Of a stretch of 64,000 nt of DNA, positions 8,191-18,070 are shown one piece after another. Both the position numbers and the translations under genes were made by a program. Position 1 is the first letter of the stretch; every line of letters starts with the position of its first letter. The stretch is from Patescibacteria group bacterium (GTDB lineage: Bacteria; Patescibacteriota; Patescibacteriia; Magasanikbacterales; UBA922): NCBI GenBank assembly GCA_041658785.1, contig JBAZZL010000003.1, positions 639 to 64,638 of the forward strand. The letters run 5' to 3'. The notes beneath the pieces are model-generated. The model was given only the letters and a program-made list of their open reading frames with translations, searched no databases and was not told the origin of the DNA.

Positions 8191-9320
8191 TACCGACTGC
8201 CTTTCTCTCCACCACCTTGCGGCGGTCAAGAGAAGGCGCACTCGGTACCACATTCTCTGGTGAAAATGTGGAGCGGTCGCGAGGGAGTTTTGACCGAATC
8301 GCTTCAGCCAAAGCTATCAACCTCCACCGCCGTTCCCCGATTTAATCGGAGAAAAAAACCAGATGTGTATCTCACATCGCCGATAGGACTCTCTCCTATT
8401 TTTCATACGGGCAATGCGGGATCAAACACTTGAATTTAATGAACCTATAGTCAGATATATTCCACTCTTGCTCGCAACCGGATTAACAACCGACAAGCGT
8501 TTGTCAATCCAAGTCTATTGAGCAGGGATTATTCCGACAGAACAGGTGGCATGGCTTTTACCCGTCCGAGTGTCGCTCGCGCGGCAGGTGGACAGATATT
8601 TGCTTGTCAGAGGATGTCCGCAGGCATTGGGCAATAAATATTACTTTTCCCCGCCAATGGACACTGTGATCTCTCTCCATGTCACCCCATCTATCGGAAC
8701 AAAAAATCCCTCTTTGGGGAAAGGGGGTTTGATTTCAGATTTCAGATTGCAGATTTATTTCACAAATCAATCTCCAATCTCTTGATCTTTTGATCTTTAG
8801 ATCTTTTGATCTTCAATCGTTCATTTTGCCCTCTCTCCAAGGCAATTTTTGTTATAAGTTGTATTGAACGGTCTCTTTTGCTTTTTGATTTTAACAGAAC
8901 AGTATAACATCATTTGGGGTAATTGTCAAGAGTTGTTTGGAAATTGGAAATTAGTAATTGGTAATTTGTTTTATTTGAGCTAAATTTTGTCATAAAAAAT
9001 ATGTCTATTCTTTACTTGACATATTTATTTGGCTATGTTATACTATGTTTATGATTAGCCAAGAAAATTGTATCTCCATCTTAAATTATTTCATGGGGTT
9101 TCAATGAAAAAAAACGTATATTTGGCTAAAATAACTGTTGTAATTAGTAAATGGTAAACAGTAATTGATAATTGTTCCATTGCCCCATTGTCCTATTGTC
9201 AATTACTAATTACAATTTACAAATTACCCAATCGCCCAATTACCAATTTCTATTTACCATTTACCCTCAAATTAGAACCATCCGTAAATCAGGATTATCC
9301 GTCATCCGTAAGTTAAACCT

Positions 9321-10157
9321 ATGCCCGCCATCAATACATTAACCAACTACGGCTTTGAGCCATCTGAAGCCGAAATCTATCAGATATTAGTAGAAAACGG
9401 CGAAATGTCCGTTCCCCGGATATTAGAAAAAACCGCGCTTTCCAGAGCTAGTATTTATGATTCTCTAACCACGCTCATGGCCAAAGATCTGCTGGATTAT
9501 CGCAAGGACGGCCGAACCGCCCTGTACAAACCAACACACCCGAACAAACTGTTTGGCTTAATTGAACAAAAAAAACGCGAGACCGCGCTTTTGAATCAAG
9601 AAATGGAAGAGACGATTAGAGGATTCACCGGCGCTTTTAATCTGTCGCAGAATCGGCCGGGGGTGAGGTTTTTTGAAGGCGAAGAGGGAATAAAAGAAGT
9701 AACTTTTGATTCTTTGAAATCCAACGGAGATATATTAACTTATCTAGACGTGGACGCGACCCAGAAGTACATCGCGGAAATGAATAAAGAATACGTGGCC
9801 GAAAGAGTAAGATTGAATATTAAAAAAAGAATGATTGTGCCGGACACTCCCCAAACCAGAGAGCGGTATAAAAATTATTCTCCTCTGCTGGAAGTCCGGT
9901 TGATGCCGCCGAACATTAAACCGTTTAGGACTATCACGCAAATTTACAATAACACTGTTTCTTTTTCCACTTTGAATGAACAAAAAATGATCGGCGTGAT
10001 CATTGAGGATGAACAGATTGCCGAACTGCACCGTTCGGTGTTTGAGTTTGTCTGGCAGTCCCTCCCGGATATTCAGTTGATTGAAAACAAAAAATCTACG
10101 CCGCCTCCTTCAATTCCTCCGCCGCCTCTTCAGCCGCCGCCGGCCGCAACATCCTAA
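9321..10157 (+). CDS. TrmB family transcriptional regulator with a Pro-rich tail
   Basis: N-terminal wHTH (EAEIYQILVENGEMSVPRILEKTALSRASIYDSLTTLMAKDLL) typical of TrmB. Confidence 0.7.
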   Translation: MPAINTLTNYGFEPSEAEIYQILVENGEMSVPRILEKTALSRASIYDSLTTLMAKDLLDYRKDGRTALYKPTHPNKLFGLIEQKKRETALLNQEMEETIRGFTGAFNLSQNRPGVRFFEGEEGIKEVTFDSLKSNGDILTYLDVDATQKYIAEMNKEYVAERVRLNIKKRMIVPDTPQTRERYKNYSPLLEVRLMPPNIKPFRTITQIYNNTVSFSTLNEQKMIGVIIEDEQIAELHRSVFEFVWQSLPDIQLIENKKSTPPPSIPPPPLQPPPAATS

Positions 10158-12441
10158 CATATTCCTTGCCGGATTTGGGATTGATATATTGGTCAATGAC
10201 TGCAAAGCCCAGCCGCGCGTACAATCTTTGAGCCGGATTTTCGGTCCGCACATTCAATTCCACGCCGCGGCCTGGCGCTTCTCTCGCGAGCGCTTCTTTC
10301 AAAAACGCGTTGCCAATGGCCATGCCTTTTACATCCGGCCGCGTGTTGATAAAACCGGTGTACAAATTTCCATTTGCCAATTCATCAAAACGAGCGAAGC
10401 AGATGATTTCCCCGTCCTTTTTCAACAGGTAAAATTTATGTCCGGCCTCTTTCATCACCGGATCAAATTCCTCTCGCACGCGAAATTCGGCAAACTCCGG
10501 CGAAAGTTCGGCGCGATTATCATGAAAAATTCGGCGCATGGCAGCGATATCTTCCCGGTTAAGCCTGCTGGAATCAGAGCTTTGCAGGTCCAACCCTCTT
10601 ACGTCGGAAAAATCAACGCGCTCTTTGCCTTTGAAAGCGGTTTTGAAAATGGCGGCAAACAGCACAATATCGCGGCGGATCGCGTCCAATTTTTGATTGA
10701 TTTCTGTCGTCGGCTCCTCGCCCTTCTTTGCTTCGGCAAACTTGGCCAGCATGCCCGCCGCTCGTTTCAAAATTTCGCCGGTAACCGATTGCGCCGCGAC
10801 CCGCTCCGGCCCTCCGGCCGAAACAAAAAATTGCCTGATCTCCGCTTCCGCTTCATCCGCGAGCGAGACAAGAGATTCGTATTTTCGGAAGATTTTTTCC
10901 GCCGACCGTCCGCTGTTATTTTCAGCAATCGCAAAAATTTTATCACCCGCTTGCGCGTCCAACTCCAAAGAAATAAAACTCTTAAGCCCCGCTTCGCCAT
11001 ATTGTCGGACAAATCCCAACGCTTTTTCCTGCTCCGCCGCGCTCGCGCGCAACGCAAACCGCATAAACCAGGCCTGTTCGCGAAAATTGAGATTGTTAAA
11101 GCGCACGCCGGTATCTTTGAAAAATTCGTCGTCGTAAAATTGAAAATAATTTCTCTTAAATTCTTCCAAAATTTCTTCCTGTTGCCTTCTTTCTTCACTG
11201 CCCTCGGCCGCCGGAGCGGAAAAAAATTGTTCCAGAGTAAAATTAAGCACCGTTGCTTTGACCTGCTTTTCTTCGGAGCTTAAATCGCCCAGATTAAAAA
11301 ATTTCTGCAATACCCGCTCTTCATCAAACACGCCGATCTCCCCGTTGGCAGTCAGACGGCGGACGGAATAACCGGGATTATTGTATTCTCCTAAATCATA
11401 TAGCCGTTCAAGATAACGGACGCCTTCTGCCGAGATGCCGATCTGGCCGAATTCCAGCCGATGCAGAACGCGCGACACCCGCCGGTTGAGCCACGCCTGT
11501 TTCCGCGCCGATTCAGGATTATCATCCGGTTTCTGCCGCAACAGCGACAACAGCCGCGCCGCCGCGTGATCGGGATTAATCTGGGAAAAAACCAGGTCCG
11601 CCCACTTGGTCGCATCTTCGCCATATTTAGGTATTAACTCAATAAGTTGGTCAATGGTTCTCTCGCTGCCAAAACAGCCGATTTCTCGCATCGTTTGATT
11701 CAAAACCAGAATAGGCTCGCGGGTCAACGAATTGCCAAACTGATCTGAATCATGTTCCCACATATCAACCATATAGTCCGGTTCATCTTTGTCGTCTTCG
11801 TCGCCGATGTTTACAATCTCAAGTTCTCCTCTAGCCGCCATTTCTTTTTCCAGTTTCCACTCTTCGCGCAGTATTCTGGCGGAACGTTCAATGATCCGCT
11901 CAATCACGCTGTCAATAAATTCTTTGGTAATAGCGTCGGGATTTTTTTGAGCCGTCTTTCTTATTTTGTCCACCAGCGCCAAGATCATAAAATCTTCGCC
12001 ATTTTCCGGACCGCCAAAATCATAAAGAATATCCAATTTATCCCAGTCTTGGCGATATTCGGCTCGCGCTTCTTTTTTTGGAATGTCCTCGGTTTTTGGT
12101 CCGATAAAATATCGTACCAATTCTTCCCAGTCATCCGGTCCGGTTATTGGGGTTTTCATCACTTGCTGTCTCGCTTGCTCGCGCAATTGGAATAATTGTT
12201 CCGGCCCGTCATAAGCATTCTCAAGAGATTCAGGGTCTATTTGCGTCAAAAAAGTTTCCAAATCCAAAAAGAGCTGGCGCGGGCCGCTGGCGGCTAAACG
12301 GTCTAAACTTGAGTCGGGTATACCCGGTTGGATTACTTCTTTTGACATAATGGCATTTTGAGATGGCGCTTCTTTAGCGTTCCTTATTCTCCCATAAAAA
12401 TCAACCCTCGTCAATTCAGGAATTTCAATTAGAATATTCAT
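10096..12441 (-). CDS. large (781 aa) protein with a C-terminal GNAT acetyltransferase domain and a ~640-aa N-terminal region of unknown function
   Basis: The C terminus KFYLLKKDGEIICFARF...VKGMAIGNAFLKEA...QRLYARLGF is a GNAT fold. The rest matches nothing I recognise. Confidence 0.7.
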   Translation of the reverse strand: MNILIEIPELTRVDFYGRIRNAKEAPSQNAIMSKEVIQPGIPDSSLDRLAASGPRQLFLDLETFLTQIDPESLENAYDGPEQLFQLREQARQQVMKTPITGPDDWEELVRYFIGPKTEDIPKKEARAEYRQDWDKLDILYDFGGPENGEDFMILALVDKIRKTAQKNPDAITKEFIDSVIERIIERSARILREEWKLEKEMAARGELEIVNIGDEDDKDEPDYMVDMWEHDSDQFGNSLTREPILVLNQTMREIGCFGSERTIDQLIELIPKYGEDATKWADLVFSQINPDHAAARLLSLLRQKPDDNPESARKQAWLNRRVSRVLHRLEFGQIGISAEGVRYLERLYDLGEYNNPGYSVRRLTANGEIGVFDEERVLQKFFNLGDLSSEEKQVKATVLNFTLEQFFSAPAAEGSEERRQQEEILEEFKRNYFQFYDDEFFKDTGVRFNNLNFREQAWFMRFALRASAAEQEKALGFVRQYGEAGLKSFISLELDAQAGDKIFAIAENNSGRSAEKIFRKYESLVSLADEAEAEIRQFFVSAGGPERVAAQSVTGEILKRAAGMLAKFAEAKKGEEPTTEINQKLDAIRRDIVLFAAIFKTAFKGKERVDFSDVRGLDLQSSDSSRLNREDIAAMRRIFHDNRAELSPEFAEFRVREEFDPVMKEAGHKFYLLKKDGEIICFARFDELANGNLYTGFINTRPDVKGMAIGNAFLKEALAREAPGRGVELNVRTENPAQRLYARLGFAVIDQYINPKSGKEYVRMLRPAAAEEAAEELKEAA

Positions 12442-12530
12442 GCCAGTGTGGTGTCAATACAAATTTTTATCCCTTTTCCCAAAAATGTGCTATTATATAT
12501 AATGAGTAAGTCCTAATACTATCAACACTT

Positions 12531-14258
12531 ATGCTCCCAGAAAAACTTTTAAATAAACTGCTTGACAGCCAATTCAAAATTGGAAAGAAAGATATGAAAG
12601 GATATATCGCCCGGGCAAAAAAGCTCAACCGAAGCTTGGAAGAGCACCTGGTCCACGAAGGCATTATTGATGAAGTGGAACTTTATACCGAAGCGGCCAA
12701 AATAATGGGCGTGCCAATGATCGCGCTAAAGGGCAGGGAGATAAAAAAAGATGTGCTGAATCTTATACCGCCGCCGCTGGCCCAGACGCACAATGTTATT
12801 GCTTTTGCCAGATCAAAAAACGAAGTGTCTCTTGCCATGCTTGATCCGGAGGACATCCAGACAATTGAATTTATCCAAAGAAAGACCGGATTGTCGCCTA
12901 AGGTTTTTCTTACTGCTCCGAATGACATCAAAGACGCTCTGCATCGGTATCACGCGGATCTGGAAAGCGATTTGCAAATAAACCAGCTGACAGAGGGGGA
13001 AGATATTGAAGCGGGAGAACTGAAGAAAGCGGCGGAAGAGTTGCCGATTGTGAATATTGTCAATAGCATTCTTGAACATGCGGTGTACGAAGGAGCGAGC
13101 GATATTCATATTGAACCGAGCGAAAAAGAAGTCACGGTGCGGTATCGCGTTGATGGGGTGTTGAGAAACGTAATGACTCTGCCCAAAAAGGTAAAAAACG
13201 GCATTATCGCTAGGATAAAGATTTTAGCCAACCTTAAAATTGACGAGCATATGGTGCCGCAGGACGGAAGGTTTAAAATACAGGTGCAGGACGAAAAGCT
13301 TGCCTTTCGCGTTTCAATTATTCCAGTTTATGATGGAGAAAAAATCGTCATGCGTATTTTGCATGAAGGGCAAAAACCTTTATCGCTTGACCAGCTGGGA
13401 TTTTTGCCAGAACCAAAAAAATTGCTGGCGGCCGCAATTTCCAAACCGCACGGAATGATCTTGGTTACCGGCCCTACTGGAAGCGGAAAGACTACCACGC
13501 TTTACTCCATTTTGGGGATTTTGAATAAGCCGGACGTAAATATTTCTACGATTGAAGATCCGATTGAATATCATGTAGACGGCATAAACCAAAGCCAAAC
13601 CAACTCGCGCGTTGGCTTCACATTTGCCACTGGTTTGCGTTCATTTCTGCGCCAAGATCCAGATATTATAATGGTAGGAGAAATCCGCGATCAAGAAACC
13701 GCGGAAATTGCCATCCACGCGGCCATGACCGGGCATTTGGTTCTCTCAACACTGCATACCAATGACGCGCCCACGACTTTACCGCGCTTGTTTGATATGG
13801 GAATCCCGCCATTTCTAGTTGCTTTTACCTCCAATATTATTGTGGCGCAACGTTTGGTAAGAAAATTATGCGAATATTGCAAAAAAGAATTCAAACTTGA
13901 AAGGCAAGCCATCAATGAAATGGAAAAGGCATTCAATACTAAAGAGATTTTGCCATTGTTTAAAAGCCAGGGCATTAAACTTGATTCCAAAGAAAAACAG
14001 TTGTCCAATATGACATTTTATCGCGGCGAAGGCTGCCGGCGCTGCGACAAAAGCGGGTACAAAGGCAGAATTGGCATTTATGAGACGTTGGTTATTGATA
14101 AAGAAATTGTAAAAAAAATTAATGAACGCGCCACCGCCGTTGAAATTGGCGAGTATGCCAAAGATCATGGCATGATTACCATGCTGCAAGATGGATTGGT
14201 AAAAGCCAAACAGGGGATTACCACGATTGAAGAGGTATTGCGAGTTACAAGAGACTGA
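12531..14258 (+). CDS. pilB: type IV pilus assembly ATPase PilB (GspE family)
   Basis: Walker A GPTGSGKTTT, Asp/His boxes and a C-terminal CxxC...CxxC zinc motif. Confidence 0.9.
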   Translation: MLPEKLLNKLLDSQFKIGKKDMKGYIARAKKLNRSLEEHLVHEGIIDEVELYTEAAKIMGVPMIALKGREIKKDVLNLIPPPLAQTHNVIAFARSKNEVSLAMLDPEDIQTIEFIQRKTGLSPKVFLTAPNDIKDALHRYHADLESDLQINQLTEGEDIEAGELKKAAEELPIVNIVNSILEHAVYEGASDIHIEPSEKEVTVRYRVDGVLRNVMTLPKKVKNGIIARIKILANLKIDEHMVPQDGRFKIQVQDEKLAFRVSIIPVYDGEKIVMRILHEGQKPLSLDQLGFLPEPKKLLAAAISKPHGMILVTGPTGSGKTTTLYSILGILNKPDVNISTIEDPIEYHVDGINQSQTNSRVGFTFATGLRSFLRQDPDIIMVGEIRDQETAEIAIHAAMTGHLVLSTLHTNDAPTTLPRLFDMGIPPFLVAFTSNIIVAQRLVRKLCEYCKKEFKLERQAINEMEKAFNTKEILPLFKSQGIKLDSKEKQLSNMTFYRGEGCRRCDKSGYKGRIGIYETLVIDKEIVKKINERATAVEIGEYAKDHGMITMLQDGLVKAKQGITTIEEVLRVTRD

Positions 14259-14270
14259 TTTTATATTGCT

Positions 14271-15398
14271 ATGCCCAAAAAAGATAAAAATAAAAAAAAA
14301 AAAGAGCGTTCCGCTTTTGAACAGAAGTTTGATTATTGGGCCGGCAAACTTTTCCGCGTCAAATCAACTGACAAGATTTTTTTTGTAGATCACCTCAGGA
14401 TAATGGTAAAAGCCGGGCTTTCTTTGGTTGACGCGTTAAATATTCTGGCCAAGGAGGTAGCGAACAAAAAATTTAAAAAAATTATTTCGCAAATCAGAGA
14501 TGAGGTAGAAAAGGGGAGGCAGTTAAGCGAGGTTTTGGGAGAACATCCAAAGGTATTTCCAATCATTTATGTAAAAATGATTGCGTCTGGCGAAGTTGCC
14601 GGTAAACTGGAAGAGTCGCTGGAGCAGATTGTCAATCAGATGAAAAAGTCGCATGAATTGGTATCCAGCATCCGGGGCGCGATGATATATCCGGCAGTGA
14701 TACTGACAGCGATGAGCGGCATTGGCATTATGATGACTACTTTTGTGCTACCCAAGATTCTTGAGCTATTCAAAGATTTTGACGCCGAGTTGCCGCTGGC
14801 GACGCGGACGCTTATCGCCATTGTAGATTTTTTGAGCAATCCGGTATATTTGGTGCTAATCATCGCCGTTGCGGCGGGATCAATCGCGTTGTTTGCGGCC
14901 ATGATGAAGCGTTCTCCAAAATTTAAAAAAACTATCCATACAATAAATTTATACTTGCCGATTTTTGGCCGGGTAGTGAAGCAGATAAATTTGGCAAAAT
15001 TTTCTTTGACGCTTTCATCGCTTTTAAAAAGCACGATTCCAATCATTGACGCGATGGATATTACTGCCGATACTTGCGCGAATGTAAATTATCAAGAATC
15101 CCTTCATAGCGCGGCGGTAAAAATGAAAAGCGGAGAGCCTTTGTCAGAAATTTTACGAGAATATGATAAATTTTTTCCTCCCATGGTTACCGAAATGATA
15201 ATGGTGGGAGAGAGATCGGGCGAGGTTGACCAGATGTTGATTGAATTGTCTGAATTTTATGGGCGCGAAGTAGACAAGACGATGAAGAATTTTTCTACTA
15301 TTATTGAGCCGGTTATCATCATCTTGCTGGGCATCGCGGTAGCAGGCATCGCTGTTGCCGTAATAATGCCGATGTTTAGCCTGGCGCAAAGTTTTTAA
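14271..15398 (+). CDS. pilC: type IV pilus inner-membrane platform protein PilC (GspF family)
   Basis: Two GspF repeats, TM helices and the gene order. Confidence 0.85.
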   Translation: MPKKDKNKKKKERSAFEQKFDYWAGKLFRVKSTDKIFFVDHLRIMVKAGLSLVDALNILAKEVANKKFKKIISQIRDEVEKGRQLSEVLGEHPKVFPIIYVKMIASGEVAGKLEESLEQIVNQMKKSHELVSSIRGAMIYPAVILTAMSGIGIMMTTFVLPKILELFKDFDAELPLATRTLIAIVDFLSNPVYLVLIIAVAAGSIALFAAMMKRSPKFKKTIHTINLYLPIFGRVVKQINLAKFSLTLSSLLKSTIPIIDAMDITADTCANVNYQESLHSAAVKMKSGEPLSEILREYDKFFPPMVTEMIMVGERSGEVDQMLIELSEFYGREVDKTMKNFSTIIEPVIIILLGIAVAGIAVAVIMPMFSLAQSF

Positions 15399-15483
15399 CC
15401 ACGACGCGCGATACCCACGGCACGATTCATTACGAATTGTCCAAATTGAGTCGTGTTGCGTGCATTATGAATCGTGATTTAAT

Positions 15484-16590
15484 ATGTTCACCAATCCTTT
15501 TCCCAACGCATTTGGTCTAGACATCAGCGACCTTTCAGTCAAGACAGTGTGGCTTAGGAATATTTCGCATAGACGAAAATCGCCATCGTATGAATTGGCC
15601 GTTTGCCGATCCGCAAAATTGCCCCACGGCCTGATTGTTAATGGTGAAATCCAAGAGCCGGAATTGGTAAGAAAATATATCAAACATCTTTTGGCAGGAA
15701 AGAAAGGAGAACAGAAGGCCATTAGCGGGAGCTGGGTGGTTGCTTCGCTGCCGGAAACGCAGAGTTTTATAAAAAAACTCACCATCCAAAAACAGCAGGA
15801 TGAAATTATAGAGGACGAGATACTCAGCGCGGCTAAGAAGCATATTCCATTTGACGAGGATAGCTATTATACTGACTGGCAGATTGTGCCGAATGAGACC
15901 GTGAAACAAAACTTTACCAATATATTGGTCGGAGCTGTGCCCAAAACAATTGCCAACAGCTATACTTATCTTTTGGAAAGCATGGGCATGGGAGTGATTT
16001 CTCTGGAAATTGAGGCTCTATCTATCGCTCGGGCGATGATTACCGCGCCGAAGAATTATTCAGGAGAAGCGCGCGCTCTCTTGGATTTGGGGGCGACTAG
16101 ATCCAGTTTTATTATTTATGATCACGACAGCGTGCAATTCAGCATCTCCATCCCATTTTCCGGAGAAATGATTACAACTGCTCTATCGCAAAAGCTGGGG
16201 ATATCGTATGATGATGCAGAGCAGAGAAAGATAAAATGCGGCCTTGATTCAAAGGAGGGCAAAGGAAAGACGTTTATAATAATTTCAACGCTAACCAATC
16301 AATTGGCTGATAATGTAGAAAAAGCGATACAATTCTATTACTCGCATTTTCCCGGCGCGAACAAGATTACCCATATTACTATGTGCGGCGGCATGGCAAA
16401 TTTAAAGAGGCTGGACAAGGTGCTTTCGTTGAAATTGAAAATCAATGCCAAGCCTGGCCGGCCATGGAAAAATCTTATGTCAAAAAAACCAATTCCAGTT
16501 GATATTGAAGAATCCCTTTCGTATGCGACCGCCATCGGCCTGGCGTTGCGCGCCGCGGACAATCCTTTTTTTAGGCATAACATAATATGA
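15484..16590 (+). CDS. pilM: type IV pilus assembly protein PilM (actin-like ATPase)
   Basis: N-terminal GLDISDLSVK motif and the operon position. Confidence 0.7.
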   Translation: MFTNPFPNAFGLDISDLSVKTVWLRNISHRRKSPSYELAVCRSAKLPHGLIVNGEIQEPELVRKYIKHLLAGKKGEQKAISGSWVVASLPETQSFIKKLTIQKQQDEIIEDEILSAAKKHIPFDEDSYYTDWQIVPNETVKQNFTNILVGAVPKTIANSYTYLLESMGMGVISLEIEALSIARAMITAPKNYSGEARALLDLGATRSSFIIYDHDSVQFSISIPFSGEMITTALSQKLGISYDDAEQRKIKCGLDSKEGKGKTFIIISTLTNQLADNVEKAIQFYYSHFPGANKITHITMCGGMANLKRLDKVLSLKLKINAKPGRPWKNLMSKKPIPVDIEESLSYATAIGLALRAADNPFFRHNII

Positions 16591-16608
16591 TTTAAGATTT
16601 TCATTAGT

Positions 16609-17136
16609 ATGTTTCCAACCCGCCTCAATTTGTTGCCGCCAGACAAAAAGAAATATCTTCAGAGGATGATATTTACAGAATTCTCCAAAAGCGCGCTGGA
16701 GTCCATTTTGTTTTTTTTGTGCATCATTGGCATCGCGCTCTTGGGCGGCAGGTGGGTGTTGCAGGGTTATTTCAATGGGCTTGTTGAAGGTATCATTGCC
16801 GTTTCCAGCGAATATGCGCATGCGAATCAGGAGATAAAAAAAATCAATCATATATTGCGCGGCGTCCAGCAGATTCAAGACCAGTATTTTTTGTGGACGC
16901 CAGTTCTTTCAGAATTCACCACAAAAATACCAGACGCAGTCATCCTATCAAGACTTTCTTTTGATATAAAAACCAAAACCGCCGCGCTAAGCGGAACAGC
17001 GGCTACGCGCGATGATCTTTTGGATCTTCAGCGCCGGCTGGAATCTCTATCGTTTATCGCGTCGGCGAGCATCCCATTGTCTCAATTAACAAAGAAAGAA
17101 AATATATCGTTTTCACTTACCGCCCAAATGAATTGA
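16609..17136 (+). CDS. pilN: PilN-like single-pass membrane protein
   Basis: N-terminal TM helix and a position after pilM; weak sequence evidence. Confidence 0.5.
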   Translation: MFPTRLNLLPPDKKKYLQRMIFTEFSKSALESILFFLCIIGIALLGGRWVLQGYFNGLVEGIIAVSSEYAHANQEIKKINHILRGVQQIQDQYFLWTPVLSEFTTKIPDAVILSRLSFDIKTKTAALSGTAATRDDLLDLQRRLESLSFIASASIPLSQLTKKENISFSLTAQMN

Positions 17137-17137
17137 T

Positions 17138-17677
17138 ATGAAAACTTTATCGTTACAACGGAAGATGACATTATTTATTATCGGCATCGCGGCAGTCCTG
17201 ATAGCGATTATCTTTTTGGTTATTATACCATCAGTTTCGCACATAAAAAACTTGAAAAAAGATATAACGAAAACAGAAGAATTTTTGGAAGAACAATATC
17301 AAAAGACCCGTAATTTGCAGAAATCCGTCCGCCGTTTTGAGGAGATCTTGGAACAGACGAAAAAATTCAATGGCATTGCTATCGCCGAGGGAGAAGAGCT
17401 GTCCGTCATCACCCAGCTGGAACAGCTGGCGGCGCAATATAATATTGAACAAAATTTGGATGTTCGGTTCAATAGCGAACCCGCCCTTGGAGCAGGCCTG
17501 CGATCCTATACCTTCTCTTTTTTGAATCTCGGTCTTTTCGCGGACCAGATGCGTTATCTCAAATCCTTTGAGCTGCTGCCGTATTATTTGAATATAGATT
17601 CATTGGATTGGCAAGCGAAACAGTCCGAAGGGGCGGTAACATTAAGATTTAATGCCACAGTGTATGCGACTCTTTAG
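17138..17677 (+). CDS. pilO: PilO-like membrane coiled-coil protein
   Basis: TM helix plus coiled coil, translationally coupled to pilN. Confidence 0.45.
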   Translation: MKTLSLQRKMTLFIIGIAAVLIAIIFLVIIPSVSHIKNLKKDITKTEEFLEEQYQKTRNLQKSVRRFEEILEQTKKFNGIAIAEGEELSVITQLEQLAAQYNIEQNLDVRFNSEPALGAGLRSYTFSFLNLGLFADQMRYLKSFELLPYYLNIDSLDWQAKQSEGAVTLRFNATVYATL

Positions 17678-18017
17678 TAAATTTGGCAAAATAAAAGAAA
17701 ATGCGGTTTTACAGGCCGTTGAGTACAAACATTTTGCCGCCTTGCGGCTGATAAGCTTGGGCTTGATCGGCATTTTTGCAATTAGCATTATTAGTGTGGG
17801 CTTTTTTATCTACCAACACATCTATACTGTGGTCGGGCAAGTGCAGTCAATACTGGTATTGGAATCGCAACTAGGCGCGGCGGTAGTGGATTTTAACACG
17901 CTTGAAAAAGTTGAAGCCGCCTGGCAAGAAAAGTATTCAGCCAATCCGCCGCTCATAGCCAGAGATCCTTTCAGTCCAGCCAATGTTGCGGCTCTTGAGG
18001 AAGAATCAAAAAGATAA
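17652..18017 (+). CDS. hypothetical membrane-anchored protein
   Basis: One TM helix; overlaps the end of pilO. Confidence 0.35.
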   Translation: MPQCMRLFSKFGKIKENAVLQAVEYKHFAALRLISLGLIGIFAISIISVGFFIYQHIYTVVGQVQSILVLESQLGAAVVDFNTLEKVEAAWQEKYSANPPLIARDPFSPANVAALEEESKR

Positions 18018-18070
18018 TAAGCGATGGAAATAGTTTTTGCGGTTGGTTTTGATAATTTGGGCAGCATCTT

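Noticed and set aside
8200-8700. RNase P RNA or tmRNA in the GC-rich non-coding island
   Set aside because: The conserved P4 motifs (AGGAAAGUCC / ACAGAARCCGGCUUA) and the tmRNA tRNA-like ends are not found on either strand. Only a weak ACAGAAC match occurs.
10081-11283. 400-aa plus-strand ORF
   Set aside because: It lies entirely inside the 781-aa minus-strand gene and has a K/R/F-rich low-complexity translation typical of an antisense frame in AT-rich DNA.
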